A stretch of DNA of 64,000 nucleotides from Rickettsiales bacterium (GTDB taxonomy: Bacteria > Pseudomonadota > Alphaproteobacteria > Methylaequorales > Methylaequoraceae), in NCBI GenBank assembly GCA_002689325.1, contig NZFP01000015.1:17967-81966 (forward strand), written 5' to 3'. Made by a program: the position numbers and the translations under genes. This document shows, piece by piece, positions 39,192-49,372 of this stretch. The notes under the pieces were generated by a model. It did not search any database. It saw only the letters and a list, made by a program, of their open reading frames with translations, and was not told the origin of the DNA. The number at the start of each line of letters is the position of its first letter. The stretch's first letter is position 1.

Positions 39192-40137
39192 TTGATCTAT
39201 CTCCTTCTAATAATTTTTCAAAATACTCTATTGTTTTTTTTAACCCCTCTTCTCTTTGCAATTTAGGGTTCCATCCAAGTTCTTTCTTAGCCAATTCAAT
39301 GTCAGGACATCTTTGCTTTGGATCATCGACAGGTAGTTCTTTACTTATAATTTTTGATTTACTTCCAACCATTTCGATTATTTCTTTAGCTAGTTGCATT
39401 ATACTAATTTCAACAGGATTTCCTAAATTAACCGGACCTGGAAAATTTTTTTTTTCCATTGTCATTAAAATACCTTCTACTAAATCATCAACGTAACAAA
39501 AAGATCGTGTTTGTTGTCCATCCCCATAAACAGTTATATTTTTATTTGTGAGGGCTTGAATAATAAAATTTGAAACTACTCTTCCATCATTTTTTTGCAT
39601 CCTTGGTCCATATGTATTAAAAATTCTCACAACTTTCACGTTAACATTATGTTGCCTTTTATAATCCCAAAATAACGTCTCAGCGCATCTTTTTCCCTCA
39701 TCATAGCAAGCTCTTGGACCATTAATACTTACAGCGCCTTTGTATTGTTCTGTTTGAGGATGAATTTCAGGATCACCATAAATTTCTGATGTAGAAGCCT
39801 GAATGATTTTTGCTTTTGTTCTCTTTGCTAGACCTAACATATTTATAGCGCCATGAACACATGTCTTAATTGTTTGAACAGGGTCATTTTGATAATGAAC
39901 TGGAGAAGCAGGGCATGCAAAATTGAATATTTCATCAACCTCTAAATAAATTGGAAAAGTTATATCGTGTCGAATTAGCTCAAAATTTTTATTATTAAGT
40001 ATGTTAACGAGATTATCTTTATTTCCTGTGTAAAAATTATCACAACAAATAACATAATTTCCTTTATTAACTAATTTTTCGCACAGATAAGAGCCAATAA
40101 ACCCTGCACCACCAGTTACCAAAATTCTTTTATTCAT
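39184..40137 (-). CDS. UDP-glucuronate decarboxylase (UDP-xylose synthase-like SDR)
   Basis: [10 protein letters not shown], the YDEGKR catalytic Y-x3-K and [10 protein letters not shown]. Confidence 0.85.
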   Translation of the reverse strand: MNKRILVTGGAGFIGSYLCEKLVNKGNYVICCDNFYTGNKDNLVNILNNKNFELIRHDITFPIYLEVDEIFNFACPASPVHYQNDPVQTIKTCVHGAINMLGLAKRTKAKIIQASTSEIYGDPEIHPQTEQYKGAVSINGPRACYDEGKRCAETLFWDYKRQHNVNVKVVRIFNTYGPRMQKNDGRVVSNFIIQALTNKNITVYGDGQQTRSFCYVDDLVEGILMTMEKKNFPGPVNLGNPVEISIMQLAKEIIEMVGSKSKIISKELPVDDPKQRCPDIELAKKELGWNPKLQREEGLKKTIEYFEKLLEGDRSNV

Positions 40138-40143
40138 ATATTA

Positions 40144-40566
40144 TTACCTTAAATTAATTTCAATTTTTGTCATTCCCTCATCTTTTACAAAAAAAGAAGC
40201 ATCTTCAAAAGAGGGTGGACCAAAATAAACTGGTGCATTGTTACTAAAACCATATTTTTCTTGAGGTATTGCAAAAAAAGTGTCGAATTTGTTATTGGAG
40301 TTTTCGTCGTGATAAATCGCAACTGCATAATATGATTCTTTAAGATCTTCAATTAAAACTCCGTGGTCAATTACATACTCAACATCTTTTTTAAAGCCAA
40401 TTTTTTTTCCTTCGTTCTCAGGAAAAAAATCTGGGTCATCATATAATGCAAAATGTATTGATCCAACTTTTCCCTCTATATTTTTAACAACTATAAAAAC
40501 TTGCCCAGCATTTAATTTAGAGAAAAAGAAAAAAAACAGTGTTAAAATAATGATGTTTATTTTCAT
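40144..40566 (-). CDS. DUF2141 domain protein (secreted)
   Basis: Signal peptide, HDENSNNKFD and IPQEKYGFSNN motifs. Confidence 0.75.
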   Translation of the reverse strand: MKINIIILTLFFFFFSKLNAGQVFIVVKNIEGKVGSIHFALYDDPDFFPENEGKKIGFKKDVEYVIDHGVLIEDLKESYYAVAIYHDENSNNKFDTFFAIPQEKYGFSNNAPVYFGPPSFEDASFFVKDEGMTKIEINLR

Positions 40567-40624
40567 ATTTTTTAATTTTATGTTAATTATAATTTAAATA
40601 TATTTAAATTAAACTATTTAATTA

Positions 40625-41314
40625 ATGCCAAAAGCTTTTAAATTCATAATTCTCTTTTTTGCTTTTTCAATTCCCCTTTCAGTTGGAGCTATAAACGAAA
40701 AAAAACTGACAGTTGTTAATTTGATTGAATCATCTGAAGATACTTTAAAAATATTAAATCAAAATAGTGATATTAAACACTTTGAAAAATATTTATCGAA
40801 ATCTAGAGCTATTTTAATTTTTCCTGAAGTATATGAGGGTGGCTTTATTTTTGGAGCTAAAGGTGGTAATGGAATCTTATTAATTAAAAAAGGAGAAAAG
40901 TTCACAGGCCCCTTCTTTTACTCATTAGGTGGTTTGAGTATAGGACTTCAAGCTGGAGCTAAGTCAGGTAGAGTTGTTATGACAGTTATGACGCATAGGG
41001 GGTTGAAGTCAATTCTTAAGGAAAGGGTAAAGCTTGGGGTAGATGTAGATGCAGTAGTCGTAACAGGTGGTGTTGGTTATTCAGCTGAAAGTACCCCACG
41101 ATTAGCAGATGTTTATTCATTTTCCAACAATGATGGTTTATTTGTTGGAACCTCAATTGAAGGCTCATATCTTCAACCTCGTAACGATTTAAATAAAGTT
41201 ATTTATAAAAAAAATTTAAGTCCAGATGAAATTATTAAATACCAAATTTTTAATAAAGAGGCTGATGACTTAACAAAAATAATCTCACGAATTACAAAGG
41301 ATGTTGAAGAATAA
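40625..41314 (+). CDS. SYLF (Ysc84/DUF500) lipid-binding domain protein, secreted
   Basis: Signal peptide followed by a Gly-rich beta pattern (GGFIFGAKGGNGILL, GGLSIGLQAGA) typical of the SYLF domain. Confidence 0.7.
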   Translation: MPKAFKFIILFFAFSIPLSVGAINEKKLTVVNLIESSEDTLKILNQNSDIKHFEKYLSKSRAILIFPEVYEGGFIFGAKGGNGILLIKKGEKFTGPFFYSLGGLSIGLQAGAKSGRVVMTVMTHRGLKSILKERVKLGVDVDAVVVTGGVGYSAESTPRLADVYSFSNNDGLFVGTSIEGSYLQPRNDLNKVIYKKNLSPDEIIKYQIFNKEADDLTKIISRITKDVEE

Positions 41315-42035
41315 TAATATTGCTATAGTTCTTTGTGGGCATGGATCATCATTCAACAAGTACATTCAAGATTTTAAAAAAAGTCATAAAATAATTGAAA
41401 AAAAAATTAATGCTAGCTGTTATTATTGTTTCATTGAAAAAAATGAACCAAATATAGAGGATTGCCTAAGTTTTATTAAAAAAAAGGGAGTTCAGAAGGT
41501 ATTTTTTTTCCCTTTTTTACTTTTCAATGGGGGGCATTTTGAACAAGATATCAAAATTAAAATTAAGGAGCTGTCTAAGAGTTTAAAACTTAAAATTAAA
41601 TTAATTGAAAAAATTTAATTAACTGAAGATGTCAGGCCAATAGTAGAAAAAAAAATTTCAAAATTAATAAAAAAAAAAAAAACTAATGTTCTAGCCACAT
41701 TCTGTTCCAGAAGTAAAAATCCAAAGGTAAGTTTAGAACTTAAAAAATATACCCAAGCAATGGCTAAAAATCTAAATATTGAGAATGCTTATTCATATTT
41801 TGTAGGCGAGGAAACTATGTTTGCAAAAGAAATTAAAATCCTAGAAAAAGAAAATTATTTTTTGATAATTCAACCAATTTTTCTTTTTAAAGGATATTTA
41901 CAAAATAAAAATTTGAGTTCTCTTAAAGAACTAGAAATAAAGAATTGCCATGTATTAAAAACTTTGATGACAATTAGTGATATTCAAGACTTGGTTGCAA
42001 AAAAACTAAAAAGTATTTTTCATATTATAAATTAA
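41301..42035 (+). pseudogene. cbiX: Two-domain CbiX/SirB-type chelatase interrupted by a single in-frame TAA (41616-41618)
   Basis: The N-terminal half (41301-41618) has LCGHGS and PFLLFNGGHFEQDI. The same frame stays open from 41619 through the annotated 41760 ATG to 42035 and encodes a second CbiX-like half (VLATFCSRS..., IIQPIFLFKGYL). I hand-checked that there is no other stop. Confidence 0.65.
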
Positions 42036-42590
42036 GTTTTTTAAATAATTATTTCTTGAGTTTTCGACATAATCAAACATCGTTTTTCCGCTGTAATCTG
42101 TTATATTTAGATCTACATTATCTTTGTAGTCATAGCTTATAAAAATCTTTATCGCATCAATATTAGTATTTTCAATTGCATGCATCATCGGTGTCATTCC
42201 TATACTATCCTGAAAGTTGACATCGGCATGAGCCTCTAGAAGTCTAGGAAGTAACTTTGATTTTTTACTTTTAATATAAAAAATTAAAAGAGAGGTTTTT
42301 TTTAAAATCTGGTTATTAACGTCTGCATCATTTTTTATTAGAAGGTCAAACATCTTTTCATCATCATTTCTTAATGCGTAAGCTAGTGGTGTCAAATCTT
42401 CGGCATCATGAATATTTGCAGTAACACCCTTTTCTAACATTTCGATAACTTTTTCATAATTAGATTTTTTTACAGCTGTAAAAAGAACTGACTCAACAAA
42501 AATATCACTATCATCGAAAGCCAGTGAATGTTGAAAAAATAGAAAATAGAATAGAAAAACTGAAAATTTTTTAATTTTTTTTTTTTTCAT
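42006..42590 (-). CDS. Secreted ankyrin-repeat protein
   Basis: Signal peptide (MKKKKIKKFSVFLFYFLFFQHSLA) and several ANK-like repeats (TPLAYALRNDDEKMFDLLIKNDADVN; GMTPMMHAIENTNIDAIKIFI). Confidence 0.75.
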   Translation of the reverse strand: MKKKKIKKFSVFLFYFLFFQHSLAFDDSDIFVESVLFTAVKKSNYEKVIEMLEKGVTANIHDAEDLTPLAYALRNDDEKMFDLLIKNDADVNNQILKKTSLLIFYIKSKKSKLLPRLLEAHADVNFQDSIGMTPMMHAIENTNIDAIKIFISYDYKDNVDLNITDYSGKTMFDYVENSRNNYLKNLIYNMKNTF

Positions 42591-42611
42591 AAAAGTCTAT
42601 TGTAAATAAGT

Positions 42612-43277
42612 ATGATTACACATTCTCCAAAAAAAATCCATATTATAGGTTCAAATCCAAATGACTTTTTCGATTTAACTATTGAAGCTGTAGATATTTT
42701 ATCAAAATCTAATTTAATTATTTATTCAAAAAAATTTGATTTACAATATGGCAAATTTTTTGAGAAAAGTAATAAAAAAATTTTTTTTGAGGAAGATTTA
42801 GCAGAATCCGAAACTATGTTATTAAAAGTAATTCACAAACTTTTTGAAACATACAATTCTATCTCACATTTGATTAATGGAGATCCACTTTTATTTTTTG
42901 AAAATAATGAAGAGTCTTACTTTCAAAAAAAAAAAATATCAGTGGAAAAAGTTCTTGGGATTCCTGAAATAATACTTTGGATGAATAAAAAAAAATTATT
43001 TTTAACAAATAGAAACAAAAACTCCTCTGTTAGTTTTTTTTTTCCTAAAACAAAAAATGATTGTAACAAACTTCTAAAAATTGAAAATTTTGAAAAATTA
43101 ATTATCAAAGTTTCAACGCAATCAGTTCTTGAAGATATAAAGAAAATTTTTTTAAAAAAATTAGATAAAAACTTAAGATATAAGGTTTTTGGTAATGCAA
43201 GGGAACTAAAACTTAATAGTACCTTAAAACTAGACAAATCAATTAGCAATGTTTATATAATTCTAGAAAATGCCTAA
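42612..43277 (+). CDS. Divergent tetrapyrrole (corrin/porphyrin) methylase-fold protein
   Basis: IHIIGSNPNDFFDLTIEAVDILSKSNLIIYSK aligns with the SUMT N-terminal motif (V.LVGAGPGDPeLlT..A...l..ADvvlYD), but the Gly-rich loop is degenerate. INGDPLLF and LGIPE motifs are present. Confidence 0.55.
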   Translation: MITHSPKKIHIIGSNPNDFFDLTIEAVDILSKSNLIIYSKKFDLQYGKFFEKSNKKIFFEEDLAESETMLLKVIHKLFETYNSISHLINGDPLLFFENNEESYFQKKKISVEKVLGIPEIILWMNKKKLFLTNRNKNSSVSFFFPKTKNDCNKLLKIENFEKLIIKVSTQSVLEDIKKIFLKKLDKNLRYKVFGNARELKLNSTLKLDKSISNVYIILENA

Positions 43278-43851
43278 TTATAAACCATTATTTAAAAAAA
43301 ATTTATTAATGATGACTATACTGGTTTTTTTTTTACTGGTAGTAATTTTTTTTATTAATTTTTTGTACGATAAAAAAAGTCCAAGTGCCTCCTTGGGAGG
43401 CAGCTTTATTTTAACTGACCAAAATGGCAAAGTTTTTGACTCCAAGAAAGTAAATTTAAAAAAACTTTTATACTTTGGCTACACCTATTGTCCAGATATT
43501 TGCCCTTTAGATCTATTGAAAATATCAAAAATTTTTGAGAATAACCCAACCCTTAAAAATGAAATAAAACCTATTTTTATTTCAGTAGACCCAGAGAGAG
43601 ACACAGTAAAAAAACTAAAAATTTTTATGGAAAATTTTGATAAATCAATTACCGCTCTTACAGGTACCAACCAAGAAATAAAAAATGTTTTAAGAAAGTT
43701 TAAAATATATGTAAAAATGAATAAAAGTAGCCCTATTGATGATGATTACTTAATAGATCACAGTTCACTTATTTTTTTATTAGATAAAAATGATAGATAT
43801 ATAAAACTTTTTAGACCTAATGATTTAAAAGAAGATTTGAGCTTTAATTAA
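43270..43851 (+). CDS. SCO1/SenC copper chaperone
   Basis: N-terminal TM, CPDIC (CxxxC) and DH..L motifs. Confidence 0.88.
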   Translation: MPNYKPLFKKNLLMMTILVFFLLVVIFFINFLYDKKSPSASLGGSFILTDQNGKVFDSKKVNLKKLLYFGYTYCPDICPLDLLKISKIFENNPTLKNEIKPIFISVDPERDTVKKLKIFMENFDKSITALTGTNQEIKNVLRKFKIYVKMNKSSPIDDDYLIDHSSLIFLLDKNDRYIKLFRPNDLKEDLSFN

Positions 43852-45735
43852 CTAAAAGAAATTATCTAAAATTCTTTCAAAAACACTTTTCTGTTCATTA
43901 AGCCTTTTACTCTTTGAAATAATTTTATTTATTTTATCATTATTCCTTAATTTTCTTTTTTTCTGTTCACTAACATAATTCAATGATTTGACTGGAACAC
44001 CGTTGTGTGCCTTTTGCATAAAATCACTCCACAAAATTGCTGGAGCCGTACCTCCTGTAATTTCGTTCATTGGTGAATCATTATCATTACCAAACCAAAC
44101 ACCTACTACTAAATCAGAAGTAAAGCCTATAAACCAAGCATCTCTTAGTGATTGACTTGTTCCTGTTTTTCCAGCTGCTGGTCTATTAATTTTTGCTTTT
44201 CTTCCTGTTCCACTACTAATTGTTTGTTCCATCATTTTGGTCATTGTTGAAACGACAAAGGGATCAAGTACTTTTCCAGGACCAGAACCTTCTCTCATAA
44301 ATAATAATTTTCCTGCCGTATTTTCTATCGACCTTATGCCGTGTACAAAGATTCCATCTCCATTATTAGCAAGAACGTTATAAGCCGATGTTAATTCTAA
44401 TAAATTCACCTCAGAGGTCCCTAAAGCAATTGATGGTGAATTTAATAGTGGACTATTAACCCCTAATGACTTTGCAGTTTTAATTACATTTTCTCTACCA
44501 ATACTTTCAGATAGTTTTACTGCAACAGTATTTATTGATTTAGCAAATGCATCACTAATAGAAACCTCACCCATATATTCTTTTTTATAGTTCTTCGGTG
44601 ACCATCCATTTATATTTATTTCTGAATCAAGTATTAGATCATCAGGGGAATAACCATTCTGAAGGCCTGCTAAATAGACAAATAGTTTAAAAGCTGAACC
44701 AGGTTGCCTCTGTGCTTGAGTCACTCTGTTGAATTGTGAATCACCATAGTCTCTTCCACCGATCATTGCTAAAACCTCACCATTTAAGTTTAAAGCAACT
44801 AAAGCTGATTGATCTGCTGATTCATACTTTGATGTAATTTGATTAACAGACTTCTCTGCAATCTCTTGTAGCTGAACGTCTAAAGTAGTTCTTACTATTA
44901 AATCTTCGTTTATTTCACCCAAATACGTCTTAACTCTAGGTAATAACCAGTCAATGAAATATCTTGTACTCTTTGGTGCTGAAGTGAATTTATCATAATT
45001 TTTATTGCTTAATTTTGCTTCTTTAACATTACTAAACGTTATTAATTTATTTTTTGCCATATTTTCTAAAACTTTTGAAGTCCTAACTCTTGAAAGTTTT
45101 TCATTTGATATTGGATTATATTTTGAAGGAGCTTTAAGTAGGCTTGCAATTAAAGCAGACTCATAAAGGTTCAATTCTTCAACTTTTTTATTAAAATACT
45201 TTTCTGATGCCGCTTGAACCCCATATGTTCCTGAACCAAGATATACTCTATTTAAATAAATACTGAGTATTTGCTGTTTAGTAAATCTCATTTCTAACCA
45301 AAAACTTAAAATTAATTCATGAAGTTTACGAGTGAAAGATCTTTCGGGAGTTAAAAAAAGATTTTTTGCTAATTGTTGTGTTATAGTACTTCCACCTTGC
45401 ACTATTTTTCTTGCTTTTAAATTTACATATGCAGCTCTAATTATTCCTTTTAAGTCAACTCCTATATGCGAAAAAAATCTTTTATCTTCTGTTACTATTA
45501 CCGCATTTATTAAATCTTTAGGTAGGTTTTTATACTGAATAGTTTGTCCGTATATATCTCCATACGAAGCAATAATTCTACCCTCTTTATCAAGAAAAGT
45601 TATACTAGGTTGCCTAGAGATTTGTATTGATTCTGTTTCTGGTAAATTTAAAAGTGACCAAGTCACCGCTAAACTCATAAAGAGTATTAACCAGATAAAT
45701 ACTAAAAAAAACCATTTAAAAACCTTCACAGGCAA
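43852..45735 (-). CDS. Bifunctional penicillin-binding protein (PBP1A family: GT51 transglycosylase + transpeptidase)
   Basis: EDKRFFSH, GGSTITQQL, RKLHE, then SAFK, SIN and KTGTS. Confidence 0.9.
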   Translation of the reverse strand: MPVKVFKWFFLVFIWLILFMSLAVTWSLLNLPETESIQISRQPSITFLDKEGRIIASYGDIYGQTIQYKNLPKDLINAVIVTEDKRFFSHIGVDLKGIIRAAYVNLKARKIVQGGSTITQQLAKNLFLTPERSFTRKLHELILSFWLEMRFTKQQILSIYLNRVYLGSGTYGVQAASEKYFNKKVEELNLYESALIASLLKAPSKYNPISNEKLSRVRTSKVLENMAKNKLITFSNVKEAKLSNKNYDKFTSAPKSTRYFIDWLLPRVKTYLGEINEDLIVRTTLDVQLQEIAEKSVNQITSKYESADQSALVALNLNGEVLAMIGGRDYGDSQFNRVTQAQRQPGSAFKLFVYLAGLQNGYSPDDLILDSEININGWSPKNYKKEYMGEVSISDAFAKSINTVAVKLSESIGRENVIKTAKSLGVNSPLLNSPSIALGTSEVNLLELTSAYNVLANNGDGIFVHGIRSIENTAGKLLFMREGSGPGKVLDPFVVSTMTKMMEQTISSGTGRKAKINRPAAGKTGTSQSLRDAWFIGFTSDLVVGVWFGNDNDSPMNEITGGTAPAILWSDFMQKAHNGVPVKSLNYVSEQKKRKLRNNDKINKIISKSKRLNEQKSVFERILDNFF

Positions 45736-45770
45736 ATTTTTCCTATAATATCATAGTAAAATAATTATTT

Positions 45771-48188
45771 TTAGACATCGAGATTAGAAACTTTTCTTGC
45801 ATTAGACTGTATGAAAATTTTTCTTTTTTCAACGTCATCACCCATCAATTCTTCAAATATTTCGTCAGCTCTTTGAGCATCGTTAACATCAACTTTGAGT
45901 ATTGATCTGTATTCTGGGTCCAGAGTAGTTTCCCATAATTGATCAGGGTTCATCTCTCCAAGGCCTTTGTATCTTTGAAATGTCAAACCTTTCTTTGACT
46001 GATCAAGTCCTTTGGTTAGTAAATCTCTTGGACTGAAAATATCAAATTTTTCATCGTTAATCTGAAGCGTTGAGCTGTTTAAGAAATATTCTTGTAAGCG
46101 ATCACTAAATCTTTTTAAATTCATATAGTTAAATTCGTCAAAATCTTTAAAAAGTATTTCAAATTTTTCTTTGACTTTATTTTCTGTCTTATAAAAAACT
46201 ATACATTCTCCAGATTTTATTTCAGCTGACCATATTAGAAGATCAAAATTTAATCTCTTAAGAAGATAGTCAATTGTTTTATTTGTTTTTTCTTGATTAT
46301 CAAAATTACTAGATTTAAAAAAATTTGAAATTGTTGCTTGCTCTAAAAGAAAATACAAACTGTCATTACCTGCTGATAATTGAACCAATAGTTTATCAAA
46401 ACTAATTAATAAATTGAAAAGATTTGCTAAATCAACTCCTTTAACACTTATCCCATTTTTTTGAAGTAAAACTGCTTGCTCAACCGCGTCATTTATAAGA
46501 AAGTTGTCTAATTCTTTATCGTCTTTGAGATATAATTCAGTCTTACCTTTTTTTATTCTATAAAGTGGTGGCTGAGCTATATAAACATAGCCTTCTTTAA
46601 TTAGATCAGGCATATGCCTATAAAAAAAAGTAAGTAATAATGTTCTTATATGAGATCCGTCAACATCAGCATCAGTCATTATAATTATTTTATGATATCT
46701 TAAATCCTCAATGTTAAAATCTGGTTTAAATCCAGTACCAAGTGCCTGAATTAAGGTTGCTATTTCTGCTGAACTAACCGCTTTATCTGGTCTAGCTTTT
46801 TCGGTATTTAAAATTTTACCTTTTAAAGGTAGAACTGCTTGATTTTTTCTATCTCGAGCTTGTTTAGCAGAGCCTCCAGCTGAGTCACCTTCTACAATGA
46901 ATAATTCACAATTCTCAGCCGATTTATCCTGACAGTCTGCAAGCTTGCCGGGTAACGAACTTATTTCAAAAGCTGAGTTTTTTCTAGAAACCTCTCTAGC
47001 TTTTCTAGCTGCCTCTCTTGCCGCAGCTGCCTCAAAAATCTTAGTAATTACTGCTTTGGATTCTTTTGGGTTTTCTTCAAACCAATTAGTAAGGTTTTCT
47101 GCCACTATTGACTCAATTACTGGCCTTACTTCCGATGAGACTAACTTATCCTTTGTTTGTGATGAAAATTTTGGATCTGGCACTTGCACTGATAAAATAC
47201 AAGTTAGTCCTTCTCTTGCATCCTCACCAGTAAGAGAAATTTTATCTTTTTTTGAAAAGCCTGAATTATTAATTGCTGCATTAACCGTTCTTGTTAATGC
47301 TGAACGAAAGCCAGCCAAATGGGTTCCTCCGTCTCTTTGCGGAATATTATTTGTAAAAACTAAACAATGCTCGTAATAAGATTTGTTCCACTGCAAAGCA
47401 AGTTCAAGATTAATATTTTCCACAGAACCTTTAAAAAAAACAACATCTTTAATAATTGACTCTCTTGATTTATCCAAAAATGACACATATGCTTTTAATC
47501 CGCCCCGAGAAGATAACTCTGAAATTTTTTCTTCATTACCTCTTTCATCGACAAGTTTAATATTGACTCCGGAGTTGAGATATGCAAGTTCTCTCAGACG
47601 CGATTCAAGTTTCGCAAAGTCAAATTTCGTTAAGCTGAAAGTTTTTTTTGATGGAAGGAAAGTAATTTCTGTGCCACTTTCTTCAGTACTGCCAACTTCT
47701 TTTAGAGGGGACTCTGGGTTTCCGTGTGCAAAATTAATACAATATTTTTTTCCATCTCTGCAAATTTTTAGATCAAGTTTTTCTGATAAAGCGTTTACAA
47801 CTGAAACACCAACGCCGTGAAGACCACCAGAGACTTTATAGGAGTTTTGATCAAATTTTCCTCCTGCATGTAATTGAGTCATGATTACCTCAGCTGCTGA
47901 CACACCTTCTTCCTTATGAACATTAGTTGGAATTCCTCTTCCATTATCTATGACAGTTACCGAGTCATCTTTATTTAATTTAACTGTAATTGAGTTACAA
48001 AATCCTGCCAATGCTTCGTCTATAGAGTTATCAACAACTTCATAAACCATGTGATGAAGACCTGACCCGTCGTCAGTATCACCGATATACATGCCTGGTC
48101 TTTTTCGAACAGCATCTAGACCTTTTAGGACTTTTATAGATTCTGCGTCGTAATCAACATTGTTCTGATTAATGTTTTTTGCTTCCAA
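45771..48188 (-). CDS. gyrB: DNA gyrase subunit B
   Basis: 805 aa with GLHHMVYEVVDNSIDE, EGDSAGG and PLKGKILN. Confidence 0.97.
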   Translation of the reverse strand: MEAKNINQNNVDYDAESIKVLKGLDAVRKRPGMYIGDTDDGSGLHHMVYEVVDNSIDEALAGFCNSITVKLNKDDSVTVIDNGRGIPTNVHKEEGVSAAEVIMTQLHAGGKFDQNSYKVSGGLHGVGVSVVNALSEKLDLKICRDGKKYCINFAHGNPESPLKEVGSTEESGTEITFLPSKKTFSLTKFDFAKLESRLRELAYLNSGVNIKLVDERGNEEKISELSSRGGLKAYVSFLDKSRESIIKDVVFFKGSVENINLELALQWNKSYYEHCLVFTNNIPQRDGGTHLAGFRSALTRTVNAAINNSGFSKKDKISLTGEDAREGLTCILSVQVPDPKFSSQTKDKLVSSEVRPVIESIVAENLTNWFEENPKESKAVITKIFEAAAAREAARKAREVSRKNSAFEISSLPGKLADCQDKSAENCELFIVEGDSAGGSAKQARDRKNQAVLPLKGKILNTEKARPDKAVSSAEIATLIQALGTGFKPDFNIEDLRYHKIIIMTDADVDGSHIRTLLLTFFYRHMPDLIKEGYVYIAQPPLYRIKKGKTELYLKDDKELDNFLINDAVEQAVLLQKNGISVKGVDLANLFNLLISFDKLLVQLSAGNDSLYFLLEQATISNFFKSSNFDNQEKTNKTIDYLLKRLNFDLLIWSAEIKSGECIVFYKTENKVKEKFEILFKDFDEFNYMNLKRFSDRLQEYFLNSSTLQINDEKFDIFSPRDLLTKGLDQSKKGLTFQRYKGLGEMNPDQLWETTLDPEYRSILKVDVNDAQRADEIFEELMGDDVEKRKIFIQSNARKVSNLDV

Positions 48189-48242
48189 ATTTATTACCTA
48201 ATAATGAACGCATTATACCCTATAAATATTAAGTTTAAAACT

Positions 48243-49364
48243 TTATTCATCAATATTTATTTTATCGATAATTGATTTAAATTTATCTTTTTTCATGATC
48301 CAATCACCACTTACATCAGTCAACCAAGTTTGAATTTTTAACTTATTAAGCTGATCTAAAACTCTGAGAATGAAATTTTTATCAAGAAATGAAAATACAT
48401 CGTCAAGTAAAAATAAAATCTTTAAGTCTTTCTGGTTCTTTAAAATTTTCATAAATGAAAAAATCATTAAAAATATAATTACCTTTTGTTCACCAGTAGA
48501 ATGATTTTTAGCCTCTCTTTTATAATTTTTATTTAAAACAATAAAATCTGTTTTATTAGCACTAAAGTTTGTTCTACCACTTAAGGTATCTTTACTTCTA
48601 TTTTCTTTTAATTTTTTTAAAAAAAAATCCTCTACCTCGATTGCTGGCTTTTTCAAAAGGAGTAAATCTAACTCACCACTTAACTCTATTTCCAGTGAAT
48701 GAAATGAGCTATCTAGATCACCAAGGTAAAAATTTAACTGTTTAATAAATTTTCTTCGAGCATCACAAATAATAATTCCAGTTGCTGCAAGTTTTTTTTC
48801 AATTAAAAAAAGCCACTCACCTGACTTTTTATTCCACTTTTTCAATATTTTTATTCTTTCACTTTTATATTTTTCATACATCAAAAGAAATTTTTTGAAA
48901 GAAAAGTCTATTGAGCAAATCATCTGGTCAATAAAATTTCTTCTTTCTTCTCTACTATTTTGAAAAAGAAATGTCATTTTTGGCGTTATCCAGAAAATAC
49001 TGAAATATTGGTCCAATTTTTTTTTTGTCTTTAAACCTTCAACATTAATTATTTTCTTTAGACCATTTGTATTTTTTTTTAACCCTAAACCAATTTTCAT
49101 TCTTTTATTATTAATACTAAATATTAAGTTAACTCCAAAAAGTTCTATTGGTCCTTTTAGGTTGCTACTAATAATTTCAGTTAAATTAGTTTTTTTAAGC
49201 CCACTGCTAGAGGTAATTAGTGATATTGATTCTAAAATGTTGGTTTTTCCAGAACCATTCTCTCCGCATATTAATATAATGTTCTTCTTTAACTCAAGCT
49301 TAAGAAATTTATGGTTTCTGTAATTACTTAATATTAACTTTTCAATTCTAACATTAGAAAACAT
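48243..49364 (-). CDS. recF: DNA replication and repair protein RecF
   Basis: GENGSGKTN P-loop, a C-terminal LLDDV Walker B and position between dnaN and gyrB. Confidence 0.9.
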   Translation of the reverse strand: MFSNVRIEKLILSNYRNHKFLKLELKKNIILICGENGSGKTNILESISLITSSSGLKKTNLTEIISSNLKGPIELFGVNLIFSINNKRMKIGLGLKKNTNGLKKIINVEGLKTKKKLDQYFSIFWITPKMTFLFQNSREERRNFIDQMICSIDFSFKKFLLMYEKYKSERIKILKKWNKKSGEWLFLIEKKLAATGIIICDARRKFIKQLNFYLGDLDSSFHSLEIELSGELDLLLLKKPAIEVEDFFLKKLKENRSKDTLSGRTNFSANKTDFIVLNKNYKREAKNHSTGEQKVIIFLMIFSFMKILKNQKDLKILFLLDDVFSFLDKNFILRVLDQLNKLKIQTWLTDVSGDWIMKKDKFKSIIDKINIDE

Positions 49365-49372
49365 GAAAGAAA

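Noticed and set aside
46945-47820. Two long plus-strand ORFs (143 and 145 aa) inside the gyrB region
   Set aside because: They are antisense shadow ORFs of gyrB. Their Ser/Leu/Phe-rich low-complexity translations carry no motifs, whereas the minus-strand frame encodes a complete, motif-rich GyrB.
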